A program made the translations under genes and the position numbers. DNA of 54,651 nt from Actinomycetota bacterium. GTDB lineage: Bacteria > Actinomycetota > Acidimicrobiia > Acidimicrobiales > Ilumatobacteraceae. Positions within the stretch are counted from its first letter, which is position 1. The number at the start of each line of letters is the position of its first letter. The notes below the pieces were generated by a model that saw nothing but the letters and a program-made list of their open reading frames with translations, was not told the DNA's origin and did not search any database. Positions 46,614 to 54,651 of this stretch are shown piece by piece. The stretch spans positions 1-54,651 of the forward strand of contig JAPKZV010000113.1 in NCBI GenBank assembly GCA_026393585.1. The letters are read 5' to 3'.

Positions 46614-47450
46614 GTGGCTGTCATCCTCGCACTCTTCACCGCTGTGGTTTATGGCATTGCCGACTACTCGGGAGGACGCGCTTCACGCACCGCTTCGTCG
46701 GCCAGTGTGACCCTGGTGGGGCAGAGCTTGAGCTTTGCCGTCATCATTTGCCTTGTTGTCATTTTGGGCGACCCCATTGCGAGCACGCACGACTTGGTTA
46801 TTAGCGCAATAGCTGGCATTGCTGGCTCGTTGGGGTTACTCGCTTTCTATAAAGCAATGTCGTCGGGATCAATGACCGTGGTTGCGCCTATCACTGCGCT
46901 GGTGGGCACAGTTGTTCCTGTTGCTTGGGGTTTGGCAAGTGGCGAACGCCCCGGAGTGGTTGCATATTTCGGAATGGCAGTTGCAGTGCTTGCGGTGGCG
47001 TTAGTAACCGACGCATTTGGTATTCACAATGTGAAAACACCGCTCTCAATTGTGGCCATGGCGGTCACGGGTGGTTTGTGTTTTGCCGTTATTTTTATTG
47101 CACTCGATCACACATCACCCGATGCTGGGTTGTGGCCGCTGCTTGCACTGCGTTCGGTGAGCGTTCCACTCATTTTGGTGGTGGTGCTCAGTACGAAAAA
47201 GCCGCTGGTGCTGCATGGGGTCTCATTGAAATTTGCATTGCTGAGTGGTCTACTCGATTCGTTAGCAAATGGTTCGTACTTGTTTGCGGCACGACACGGT
47301 TTGTTGTCGGTTGTTGCGGTCATTTCGTCGCTGTACCCAGTGAGTACATTGCTTCTTGCCACCAAGGTCGACAAAGAACATTTGCATAAAGCTCAGTGGG
47401 TGGGCGTGGGGTGCGCGCTTACGGCTTTGGTTCTTGTGAGCGTTGGATAA
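46614..47450 (+). CDS. EamA/DMT family transporter
   Basis: The ORF 46521..47450 has about 10 TM segments. I prefer the GTG at 46614 because the upstream part overlaps the divergent AKR gene. Confidence 0.7.
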   Translation: MAVILALFTAVVYGIADYSGGRASRTASSASVTLVGQSLSFAVIICLVVILGDPIASTHDLVISAIAGIAGSLGLLAFYKAMSSGSMTVVAPITALVGTVVPVAWGLASGERPGVVAYFGMAVAVLAVALVTDAFGIHNVKTPLSIVAMAVTGGLCFAVIFIALDHTSPDAGLWPLLALRSVSVPLILVVVLSTKKPLVLHGVSLKFALLSGLLDSLANGSYLFAARHGLLSVVAVISSLYPVSTLLLATKVDKEHLHKAQWVGVGCALTALVLVSVG

Positions 47451-48735
47451 CAGCACGTGATTCGCGCGCTGCTGCTTTAAAAATTCCCTTGCTCATGAGG
47501 CTGAGTTCTTTGGAGCGACGCTGTTCGTAAATGTCTGAGCGTGCTTCGTGCACGTGGCCATTTTCTGGTTCGGCCCATGCGGCGAAGTCGATGAGATGGC
47601 AAGCCATGCGGAAATCGCCTTGGGCAAGTTCGTGTTGAGCGCGTGCAACAAGTGTGTTGACTCCACCAGATAGTTCAGCTATCACTGCGCCGAGTTGTGC
47701 ATCGGGTGATGGCTTGAGTCGTGAGGGTGCTCCGTCCCACCAGCCGCCATAGAGGCGCCAAATGTTGTGCACCACAAACTCGGGTTCGTCGTACATGGGG
47801 CGCAAATATGGTTTGTTGAGAACGTCTTGTGGCACCGACACGCTGTGAATGATGCTGTCGAGTGTGGCGCCGTCGTTCATCATCACCAGAACTTCCGACA
47901 CCAATGTTTCGAGTGCGCCTGCAATGTCGGTGAGCACTATTTCAATGCGCTCTTTGCCGTCAATGGGTAAGCCGTGTGCAGGCAGGAGGAGTTCAGGTTT
48001 CTTTGCGGCCATGTCGCGCAGTGCTTTGGCCCATTCGAGTGGGTAACGCTGCACTTTTTGTGGGTTGCCCGCATTGGGGAAGTTCCAAATGAGGAAGTCG
48101 CCCGCCATGATCCATTTCTTGTCGGGAACCCATGCCCACAAGTGGTCGTCGGTTTCACCAATGGCGTGGTTGAGCTCTACTGAATGGTCGCCAATGTTAA
48201 GGACGTATTGCTCGCGGAACGATTCTTGTACTTCTAAAACGTCGGGCGGAATGAAGTGGTTCTTGTTTCCACCCAGGCTGTATTGATGTTCAACGCGAAT
48301 GCCACCAAATTGTTTGGCGTTAATGAACCTGTTCCAACCATCGGTGTCGCGGTAACGCTGTACACGTGGTGCAATGTTTTCATGACCAATCACTCGTGGG
48401 TTGGGTACACCTTTTACCGCGGCGGCAGCAGCAAATGCGGGGCTGCCACCAATGTGGTCGGCATGGCCGTGAGTGTAAATGAGATGGCTCACTGGAGTTG
48501 AGGTCCACTTGTTCAACGCCTCAACAACGAGCGGGCCGGTAACAACACCTGAGGCGTCGAAACAAGCAAGCCCTTCAGAAGTTTTCCATGCAACGCAGTG
48601 GCTGAAGCTTTCGACAACAGCAAGGTCGTCGGCAATTTCCGACAGTTCATTGCTCAGGCGGTTGGTGGGTCCAGTTCCGGAGTCAACAACACCTGTGTCG
48701 ATGATGTGACGTGAGAGTGCGAGAAGGTCGGCCAT
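47419..48735 (-). CDS. MBL-fold metallo-hydrolase, alkyl/aryl-sulfatase-like (MBL plus dimerisation domain, no SCP2 tail)
   Basis: 438-aa ORF with YTHGHADHIGG and sulfatase-like helical C-terminal features (RLYGGWWDG). Substrate was not assigned. Confidence 0.65.
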   Translation of the reverse strand: MADLLALSRHIIDTGVVDSGTGPTNRLSNELSEIADDLAVVESFSHCVAWKTSEGLACFDASGVVTGPLVVEALNKWTSTPVSHLIYTHGHADHIGGSPAFAAAAAVKGVPNPRVIGHENIAPRVQRYRDTDGWNRFINAKQFGGIRVEHQYSLGGNKNHFIPPDVLEVQESFREQYVLNIGDHSVELNHAIGETDDHLWAWVPDKKWIMAGDFLIWNFPNAGNPQKVQRYPLEWAKALRDMAAKKPELLLPAHGLPIDGKERIEIVLTDIAGALETLVSEVLVMMNDGATLDSIIHSVSVPQDVLNKPYLRPMYDEPEFVVHNIWRLYGGWWDGAPSRLKPSPDAQLGAVIAELSGGVNTLVARAQHELAQGDFRMACHLIDFAAWAEPENGHVHEARSDIYEQRRSKELSLMSKGIFKAAARESRAVIQRSQEPKP

Positions 48736-48744
48736 GTGTATTTC

Positions 48745-49863
48745 CTATTTTTTGAGTGCTGATGGTTCTTTAGGAAGGCCGAGCACGCGCTCGCCCAAAA
48801 TGTTGCGCATCACATTTGAGGTGCCACCCATGATGGTGTAGCCGGGCCCGTACATGAGCCCCGAGGTGACGTCGTCCCACAACATGGCGTCGGCACCAAA
48901 TGTTTCTGCAACAAATTGAGCAACACGCCATTCGTGTTCGGTGCAGAAGCATTTTGTCGCTGCAGAAAAACCAGCAGGAGCTTGCTTCAATACTTCACGC
49001 ACCACCAAGATGCGGCCAATGCGGTAGTACATCTCGAGTTGCGCGATGGTTTGGCGTACACGTGGGTCGGAAGTATCGGCACGTTCACGTGCCTTGAGAT
49101 ACAACGCATGGTTCGATACCAAACGGTCAATACCGCCGCGCTCGTGTTCGAGTTGACGCATTGTTTGTTTGAATGCGCCACCTTGTTCGCCCACCAAGTT
49201 TGCTTTGGGTACACGCACATTGGTGTAGAACACTTCGCAAAAGTGGCGGTTGGTGGTCATATCTTGAATTTCGCGTGCTTCAATGCCGGGCGTATTCATG
49301 GGCACAACAATTTCGCTGATGCCTGCATGAGGAGGGCCGTCGTTGCTGGTGCGACAAATGAGATAGCAGTACTGCGCAACTGCACCGAATGAGGTCCAAA
49401 TTTTTTGTCCGTTAATGACCCATTCATCGCCATCGAGAACTGCACTTGTTTTCAACGATGCAAGGTCGCTACCTGCATCGGGTTCGCTCATGCCAATGCA
49501 CCAGGTGTCTTCGCCCGACAAGATGCCAGGAAGAAAAGCTTTTTGTTGTTCGGGCGTTCCGTAGGCCATGAACGCTGGGCCCATTTGGCGGTCGCCGAAC
49601 CATGAAGCGGCAATGGGGGCACCAGCAGCAATGAGCTCTTCACCCACAATGAGGCGATCAATGGGTGGGCGTCCGCCGCCACCGAACTCTTTGGGCCATG
49701 TCATGCCAATGAAGCCGAGCTCGCCAAGTTCCTTTGAGAACTCTTTGGAATATCCATTCATCCATGAGTCGTTGAAGCGGCCATAACGGGCAACGGCGTC
49801 GACGGCAATGGCGCGGGCATGGGCGCGCAGAGCATCTTGTTCGGGGGTCCAGGCGAATTCCAT
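48745..49863 (-). CDS. acyl-CoA dehydrogenase family protein
   Basis: MEFAWTPEQDALR... starts at the internal Met of ORF 48745..49947. It also has GMSEPDAGSDLASL and a typical ACAD C-terminal helical domain. Confidence 0.85.
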   Translation of the reverse strand: MEFAWTPEQDALRAHARAIAVDAVARYGRFNDSWMNGYSKEFSKELGELGFIGMTWPKEFGGGGRPPIDRLIVGEELIAAGAPIAASWFGDRQMGPAFMAYGTPEQQKAFLPGILSGEDTWCIGMSEPDAGSDLASLKTSAVLDGDEWVINGQKIWTSFGAVAQYCYLICRTSNDGPPHAGISEIVVPMNTPGIEAREIQDMTTNRHFCEVFYTNVRVPKANLVGEQGGAFKQTMRQLEHERGGIDRLVSNHALYLKARERADTSDPRVRQTIAQLEMYYRIGRILVVREVLKQAPAGFSAATKCFCTEHEWRVAQFVAETFGADAMLWDDVTSGLMYGPGYTIMGGTSNVMRNILGERVLGLPKEPSALKK

Positions 49864-50004
49864 GGATGAATGGTAAGCGACCAAGCGAGCCCAGCCATAG
49901 TGGGGCTCAGAGGACGCCCGGGGGCCTCGAGCGGCTAATGTGTACAAGTACCGTACAAGTGACCGTTACCCGTCTGGTGGGTAGCGGGAAGAGAAAGGCC
50001 CCCA

Positions 50005-51222
50005 ATGGCAAAGATCAAGGTGGACAACCCCGTCGTCGAACTCGATGGCGACGAAATGACACGCATTATTTGGCAGTTCATCAAAGATCGCCTCATCTTG
50101 CCGTACCTCGACATTGAACTTGAGTACTACGACCTCGGTATGGAATACCGCGACCAAACTGACGACCAGGTCACCATCGATTCTGCACGTGCCATCTTGA
50201 AGCACGGCGTGGGCGTGAAGTGCGCAACCATTACGCCAGACGAACAACGTGTTGAAGAATTCAAATTGAAGAAAATGTGGAAGTCGCCAATCGGCACCAT
50301 TCGTAACATTCTTGGCGGCGTTGTTTTCCGCGAGCCAATTATTTGCAGCAACATCCCTCGCTTGGTTCCCGGTTGGACCAAGCCCATCGTTATTGGCCGT
50401 CACGCACACGGCGACCAGTACAAAGCAACCGACTTCAAAGTGCCTGGTGCAGGAACGGTCACCATGACCTACACGCCAGAAGATGGCAGTGCGCCAATGG
50501 AACTTGAAGTAGCCAAGTTTGGCAAAGACGGTGGCGTTGCAATGGGCATGTATAACTTCAACGACAGCATTCGCGACTTTGCTCGTGCGTCGTTGCGTTA
50601 CGGTCTCGACCGTAAGTACCCCGTGTACATGAGCACCAAGAACACCATCTTGAAGGCATACGACGGCCAGTTCAAAGACCTCTTCGAAGAAGTGTTCGTA
50701 AACGAGTTCAAGGCCGACTTCGACAAGGCTGGCATTACCTACGAGCATCGCCTCATCGACGACATGGTTGCATGCGTCATGAAGTGGGAAGGTGGCTACG
50801 TATGGGCATGTAAGAACTACGACGGCGACGTACAAAGCGACACCGTTGCACAGGGCTTTGGTTCACTTGGTCTCATGACCTCGGTTCTCTACACACCAGA
50901 TGGCCGCACCGTGGAAGCAGAAGCCGCTCACGGCACCGTGACACGTCACTACCGCGAACACCAAAAGGGCAACAAGACATCAACCAACCCGGTTGCATCA
51001 ATTTTTGCTTGGACACGTGGTTTGGTGCACCGTGGCAAGCTCGACAACAACCCGAAACTCATCGACTTCGCAACGAAGCTCGAAGAAGTGTGTGTGGAAG
51101 CAATCGAAGCTGGCGAAATGACAAAAGACTTGTCGATTCTCATCTCGAAAGATGCTACATGGCTCACCACTGAAGGTTTCTTGGAAGCACTCGATACGCG
51201 TTTGCAAAAGAAGATGGCCTAA
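50005..51222 (+). CDS. icd: NADP-dependent isocitrate dehydrogenase (homodimeric, subfamily II type)
   Basis: 405-aa ORF with [35 protein letters not shown], and NYDGDVQSD. Confidence 0.95.
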   Translation: MAKIKVDNPVVELDGDEMTRIIWQFIKDRLILPYLDIELEYYDLGMEYRDQTDDQVTIDSARAILKHGVGVKCATITPDEQRVEEFKLKKMWKSPIGTIRNILGGVVFREPIICSNIPRLVPGWTKPIVIGRHAHGDQYKATDFKVPGAGTVTMTYTPEDGSAPMELEVAKFGKDGGVAMGMYNFNDSIRDFARASLRYGLDRKYPVYMSTKNTILKAYDGQFKDLFEEVFVNEFKADFDKAGITYEHRLIDDMVACVMKWEGGYVWACKNYDGDVQSDTVAQGFGSLGLMTSVLYTPDGRTVEAEAAHGTVTRHYREHQKGNKTSTNPVASIFAWTRGLVHRGKLDNNPKLIDFATKLEEVCVEAIEAGEMTKDLSILISKDATWLTTEGFLEALDTRLQKKMA

Positions 51223-51227
51223 TCGTT

Positions 51228-52211
51228 ATGCGCGCAGTCGTGCTCACCGAGTTTGGCGGGCCAGAAGTACTGCGCTTTGCCGATATTCCCGTACCGCAAC
51301 CCGATGCTGAAGAAGTGTTAGTTGCGGTACGGGCAACGGCGTTAAACAGGGCCGACCTCATGCAGCGCATGGGGCTTTACCCGAACCCGAGCCCAGTAGA
51401 ACACGATGTTCCTGGCCTCGAATTTGCTGGTGTGGTTACAGCAGTGGGAAGTCGCGTTCGTGAACACGCCGTTGGCGATGCCGTCATGGGCATTGTGAGC
51501 GGTGGCGGTTACGCCGAGTATTTAGTAGTGCACGAACGTCAAGCAATGCGTGTGCCGGCGAACATTTCGGTGAACGACGCTGCGGCAATACCCGAAGTCT
51601 TAATTAGTGCTTGGGATGCACTTGTTGCTCAAGTTGGACTCACCAGTGGCCGAATTGCCTTAGTGCATGCAGGTGCTTCGGGCGTTGGCACAGCCGGTAT
51701 TCAAATTTGTAAAGCAATTGGTGCGCGCGTTGTGGTCACCTGTTCCACCGGAAAAGTGCAAGCGTGCAAAAACCTTGGTGCCGATCTTGTTATCGATTAC
51801 TCCACGCAAGATTTTGTGGAAGAAGTGAAGAAGTTCACCGGTGGTAAGGGAGTCGACACCATCCTCGACGTTATTGGCGGCGACTATGTCGACCGCAACA
51901 TTGCGTCACTTGCGTTAAAGGGTTGCATTGTTCAAGTGGGAACCATGGCAGGCCCACCACCAGCTATGAACTTGGGTGGGCTCATGTTCAAGCGGGCACG
52001 TCTTGTAGGAACAGTGCTGAGGGCGCGACCACTCGATGAAAAAATCGCTATTAGTCAACGCTTCGCAACAGAAATGCTGCCGCTATTTGCAACAGGCGCA
52101 CTGATGCCAGTCATTGATTCACGTTATGAATTCTCCGACATCGCAATTGCGCATGAGCACATGGCAAAAAATGCCAATGCCGGAAAAATCGTGATTGATA
52201 TCTCGCGTTAG
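51228..52211 (+). CDS. NAD(P)H:quinone oxidoreductase (zeta-crystallin/PIG3-like MDR family)
   Basis: 327-aa ORF with the MDR fold and VHAGASGVGTAGIQ nucleotide-binding loop. No zinc ligands are present. Confidence 0.8.
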   Translation: MRAVVLTEFGGPEVLRFADIPVPQPDAEEVLVAVRATALNRADLMQRMGLYPNPSPVEHDVPGLEFAGVVTAVGSRVREHAVGDAVMGIVSGGGYAEYLVVHERQAMRVPANISVNDAAAIPEVLISAWDALVAQVGLTSGRIALVHAGASGVGTAGIQICKAIGARVVVTCSTGKVQACKNLGADLVIDYSTQDFVEEVKKFTGGKGVDTILDVIGGDYVDRNIASLALKGCIVQVGTMAGPPPAMNLGGLMFKRARLVGTVLRARPLDEKIAISQRFATEMLPLFATGALMPVIDSRYEFSDIAIAHEHMAKNANAGKIVIDISR

Positions 52212-53476
52212 CGAGCTTCTATTTTTGAGTAGTTCCGCTCGTCGGATCCGGTGTAGCGCTGGCGTGGACGGCTGATCTTTTGCTCTTTGTCTGACAACAA
52301 TTCGGCGTAGTGCGCAAGCCAACCAGCAGTTCGTGGAATGGCGAACAATACGGTGAACATGTCGGCAGGGAAGCCGAGTGCTTCGTAGATAAGACCAGAG
52401 TAGAAGTCGACGTTCGGGTACAACTTGCGCGAGATGAAGTACTCATCGGCAAGCGCAGTCTTCTCGAGCTCCAAGGCAATGTCGAGCAATGGGTTTTTGC
52501 CGGTCACTTCAAAATCGTCGTTTGCAGCTTTTTTGATGTTGGTGGCGCGTGGGTCGTAGTTCTTGTACACGCGGTGTCCGAAGCCCATGAGCTTGCCTTT
52601 GCCGTCTTTCACAGACTGCACGAAGGCAGGAACATTGTCGACAGAACCAATTTCTTGGAGCATGTGCAGAACGGCTTCGTTGGCTCCACCGTGAAGTGGG
52701 CCATAGAGCGCCGACGCAGCACCAGCAGCGGCTGAGTAAGGATCGGCATTTGATGAAGCAATGACACGCATTGCGGTGGTGCCACAGTTCTGCTCGTGGT
52801 CAGCGTGCAAAATAAAGAGAAGGTCCATTGCGCGTGCGAGAACTGGGTCAACCTTGTAGTCGTCACCCACCTTGAACATCATGTTCAAGAAGTTGGCGCC
52901 GTAGCTGAGCGAGTTGTCGGGGTAAACAAAGGGGAGACCCATGCTGAAGCGGTACGCCATGGCTGCCAATGTGGGCACTTTGGCAATGAGGCGCAGCGTT
53001 TGACGGTCGAGAGCTTGTTTGTTGAAGATGTCTTTGGCGTCGTCGTAGAACGTGCCAAGAGCAGCAAGAGAGGAAACGAACATGCCCATGGGGTGGGCAT
53101 CGTGATGGAAACCATCAACAAAGCGCTTGCGCATGTTCTCATGAATGAACGTGTGATGCGTGACGTCAAAGGTCCACTTGTTCAATTCGTCTGAAGTGGG
53201 GAGTTCGCCATTCAACAAGAGGTAAGCAACTTCAAGGAAGTTGCTCTTTTCTGCGAGTTGTTCGATGGGGTAACCGCGGTAACGCAAAATGCCTGCGTCG
53301 CCATCGAGGTAGGTGATGGACGATGAGCACGAAGCGGTGCTCAGAAACGCCGGATCGTACATACGTAGATCTGGGTCAAGCTCGCGCAATGCAGCAGATG
53401 AGAAAACTCCGTCATTGATTGCAACTGTGACTTTTTTTCCAGTGCGATCGTCGATGAGCGTGATGGTATCGGCCAT
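52208..53476 (-). CDS. gltA: citrate synthase
   Basis: 422-aa ORF with LRYRGYPIEQL, ILHADHEQN, GPLHGGANE, and GFGHRVYKNYDPRA. The SD GAAGGAG lies upstream. Confidence 0.95.
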   Translation of the reverse strand: MADTITLIDDRTGKKVTVAINDGVFSSAALRELDPDLRMYDPAFLSTASCSSSITYLDGDAGILRYRGYPIEQLAEKSNFLEVAYLLLNGELPTSDELNKWTFDVTHHTFIHENMRKRFVDGFHHDAHPMGMFVSSLAALGTFYDDAKDIFNKQALDRQTLRLIAKVPTLAAMAYRFSMGLPFVYPDNSLSYGANFLNMMFKVGDDYKVDPVLARAMDLLFILHADHEQNCGTTAMRVIASSNADPYSAAAGAASALYGPLHGGANEAVLHMLQEIGSVDNVPAFVQSVKDGKGKLMGFGHRVYKNYDPRATNIKKAANDDFEVTGKNPLLDIALELEKTALADEYFISRKLYPNVDFYSGLIYEALGFPADMFTVLFAIPRTAGWLAHYAELLSDKEQKISRPRQRYTGSDERNYSKIEAR

Positions 53477-53575
53477 CTGTGAACTCCTTCAGTTAGGTAT
53501 TGGGGGCTTCCTCCCCGTGGGAAAGAATAGAGCACAATGCCCCTTGGCTCACAATGGGAGACCTTGTGTTGGGGT

Positions 53576-54651
53576 TTACAAGGGGGTGTTGTCGTGTTTA
53601 CGGGCCTGGAGGCGCTCGCGCTTGTGCTCAAGGGCTCGTAAAGCCGATGCAATTTCTCGTCGTGTGTCGGCAGGCTCAATGACCCCGTCAACAAGCCCAC
53701 GCTCGGCTGCGATGTAGGGGTTGAGGAGGCGTTCTGAGTAGTCGGCTTCGAACGCAGCGCGTTCTTCTGGCGTTGCGCGGCGTTGCAAAATGGCAGCAGC
53801 TTGACCTGCGCCCATCACTGCTAGTTCCGCCCATGGCCAAGCAAGACAAACATCGTTGCCCATGTTCTTTGAGTCCATCACGATGTATGCGCCGCCGTAT
53901 GACTTGCGCAAAATGATGCAGATGCGTGGCACCGAAGCGCGTGCGTAGGCAAACACGAGTTGCGCACCGTGACGAATCATGCCGCGCCACTCCAGGTCTT
54001 TACCGGGGTAGAAACCTGGCGTATCGACCAAGGTGATGAGGGGAATGTTGAAGGCGTCGCAGAACGCAACAAAACGAGCGGCCTTTTGAGATGCAGGAAT
54101 GTCGAGCGTGCCAGCAAGCACGATGGGCTGGTTGGCAACAATGCCCACCACGCGACCGTCGATGCGGGCAAAGGTGGTGACAACGTTTGCTGCCCAGCGG
54201 GCACGCAGTTCAAAGTATTCGCCATCGTCAACGAGGGCTGAAATGACCTTGCGCACATCGTATGAACCAGTTGAAGTGGCAGGAATGAAGTCGCCTGCTT
54301 CTGGTGTTTGGCGGTCGAATGGGTCGTCGGTCTCTACCATTTCAGGAAGTTCATCAACGCTGTTGGGGAGGTAACTGAGTATTTGCTCTACCGCTAAATG
54401 GGCTGCTTCAACATTGGGAACAACAAGAGAGGCAACGCCACTTGCGCGAGCATGAATTGTTGCTCCGCCAAGTTCCTCATTGCTCACGGTCTCGCCAGTG
54501 AATTCCGCAACCATGGTTGGCCCTGAAACAAATGCGTAGGCATCTTCGGTCATCTCCACTAAGTCGGCGAGCCCAATGAGCAATGCCGGCCCCGACACAG
54601 CTGGCCCCGTAACAACATGAATGGTGGGAACAATTCCTGAGCAACGAGCAA
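53576..54651 (-). CDS. acyl-CoA carboxylase carboxyltransferase (beta) subunit, C-terminal part; 5' end lies outside the window
   Basis: The frame is open to the window edge (...ARCSGIVPTIHVVTGPAVSGPALL...). FVSGPTMV..TGE.V..EELGGA and the second CT repeat (PGFYPGKDLEWRGMIRHGAQL) are present. Confidence 0.85.
   Translation of the reverse strand, partial: ARCSGIVPTIHVVTGPAVSGPALLIGLADLVEMTEDAYAFVSGPTMVAEFTGETVSNEELGGATIHARASGVASLVVPNVEAAHLAVEQILSYLPNSVDELPEMVETDDPFDRQTPEAGDFIPATSTGSYDVRKVISALVDDGEYFELRARWAANVVTTFARIDGRVVGIVANQPIVLAGTLDIPASQKAARFVAFCDAFNIPLITLVDTPGFYPGKDLEWRGMIRHGAQLVFAYARASVPRICIILRKSYGGAYIVMDSKNMGNDVCLAWPWAELAVMGAGQAAAILQRRATPEERAAFEADYSERLLNPYIAAERGLVDGVIEPADTRREIASALRALEHKRERLQARKHDNTPL

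Noticed and set aside
49966-50835. 289-aa minus-strand ORF opposite icd
   Set aside because: It is antisense to a highly conserved isocitrate dehydrogenase. Its composition (Val/His/Phe/Cys-rich) is typical of a shadow frame.

Overview
This window is a very compact, almost fully coding stretch of conserved core genome. The gene order looks actinobacterial: yifB-dprA-xerC-whiG-rpsB-tsf-pyrH-frr-cdsA-dxr-rseP-ispG, then proS / rimP-nusA-ylxR-infB, comEA-comEC-holA / rpsT / lepA, hrcA-dnaJ-rsmE, and icd / gltA. PAC2, F420-type LLM and Rv2466c-like genes fit the same assignment, which is an inference. I call about 57 protein genes and 2 tRNAs. Most spacers are under 25 nt, and many starts and stops overlap (ATGA/GTGA). 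I see no CRISPR array, no transposase or phage genes, no toxin-antitoxin or defence-like genes, and no biosynthetic cluster. I do not find a convincing novel multi-gene system, and most of the window is ordinary housekeeping DNA. Five things deserve a second look. (1) A 73-nt tRNA has a Leu anticodon (UAG) and a Leu-type D-arm but only a 5-nt variable loop, and a CDS starts 2 nt after its 3' end. (2) Four conserved genes (a PLP enzyme, tsf, proS, holA) each appear to lack a block of roughly 45-65 codons at a sharp junction; two of these also shift frame. This is most likely a collapsed assembly or scaffold gap, but it needs checking. (3) An orphan, canonical intrinsic terminator lies upstream of rimP-nusA-infB. 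(4) An oppositely oriented 4-TM gene is wedged between comEA and comEC. (5) An Rv2466c-like DsbA protein has a CPWA active site instead of CPWC. All homology statements come from reading the translated ORFs against remembered family motifs; no database search was run.
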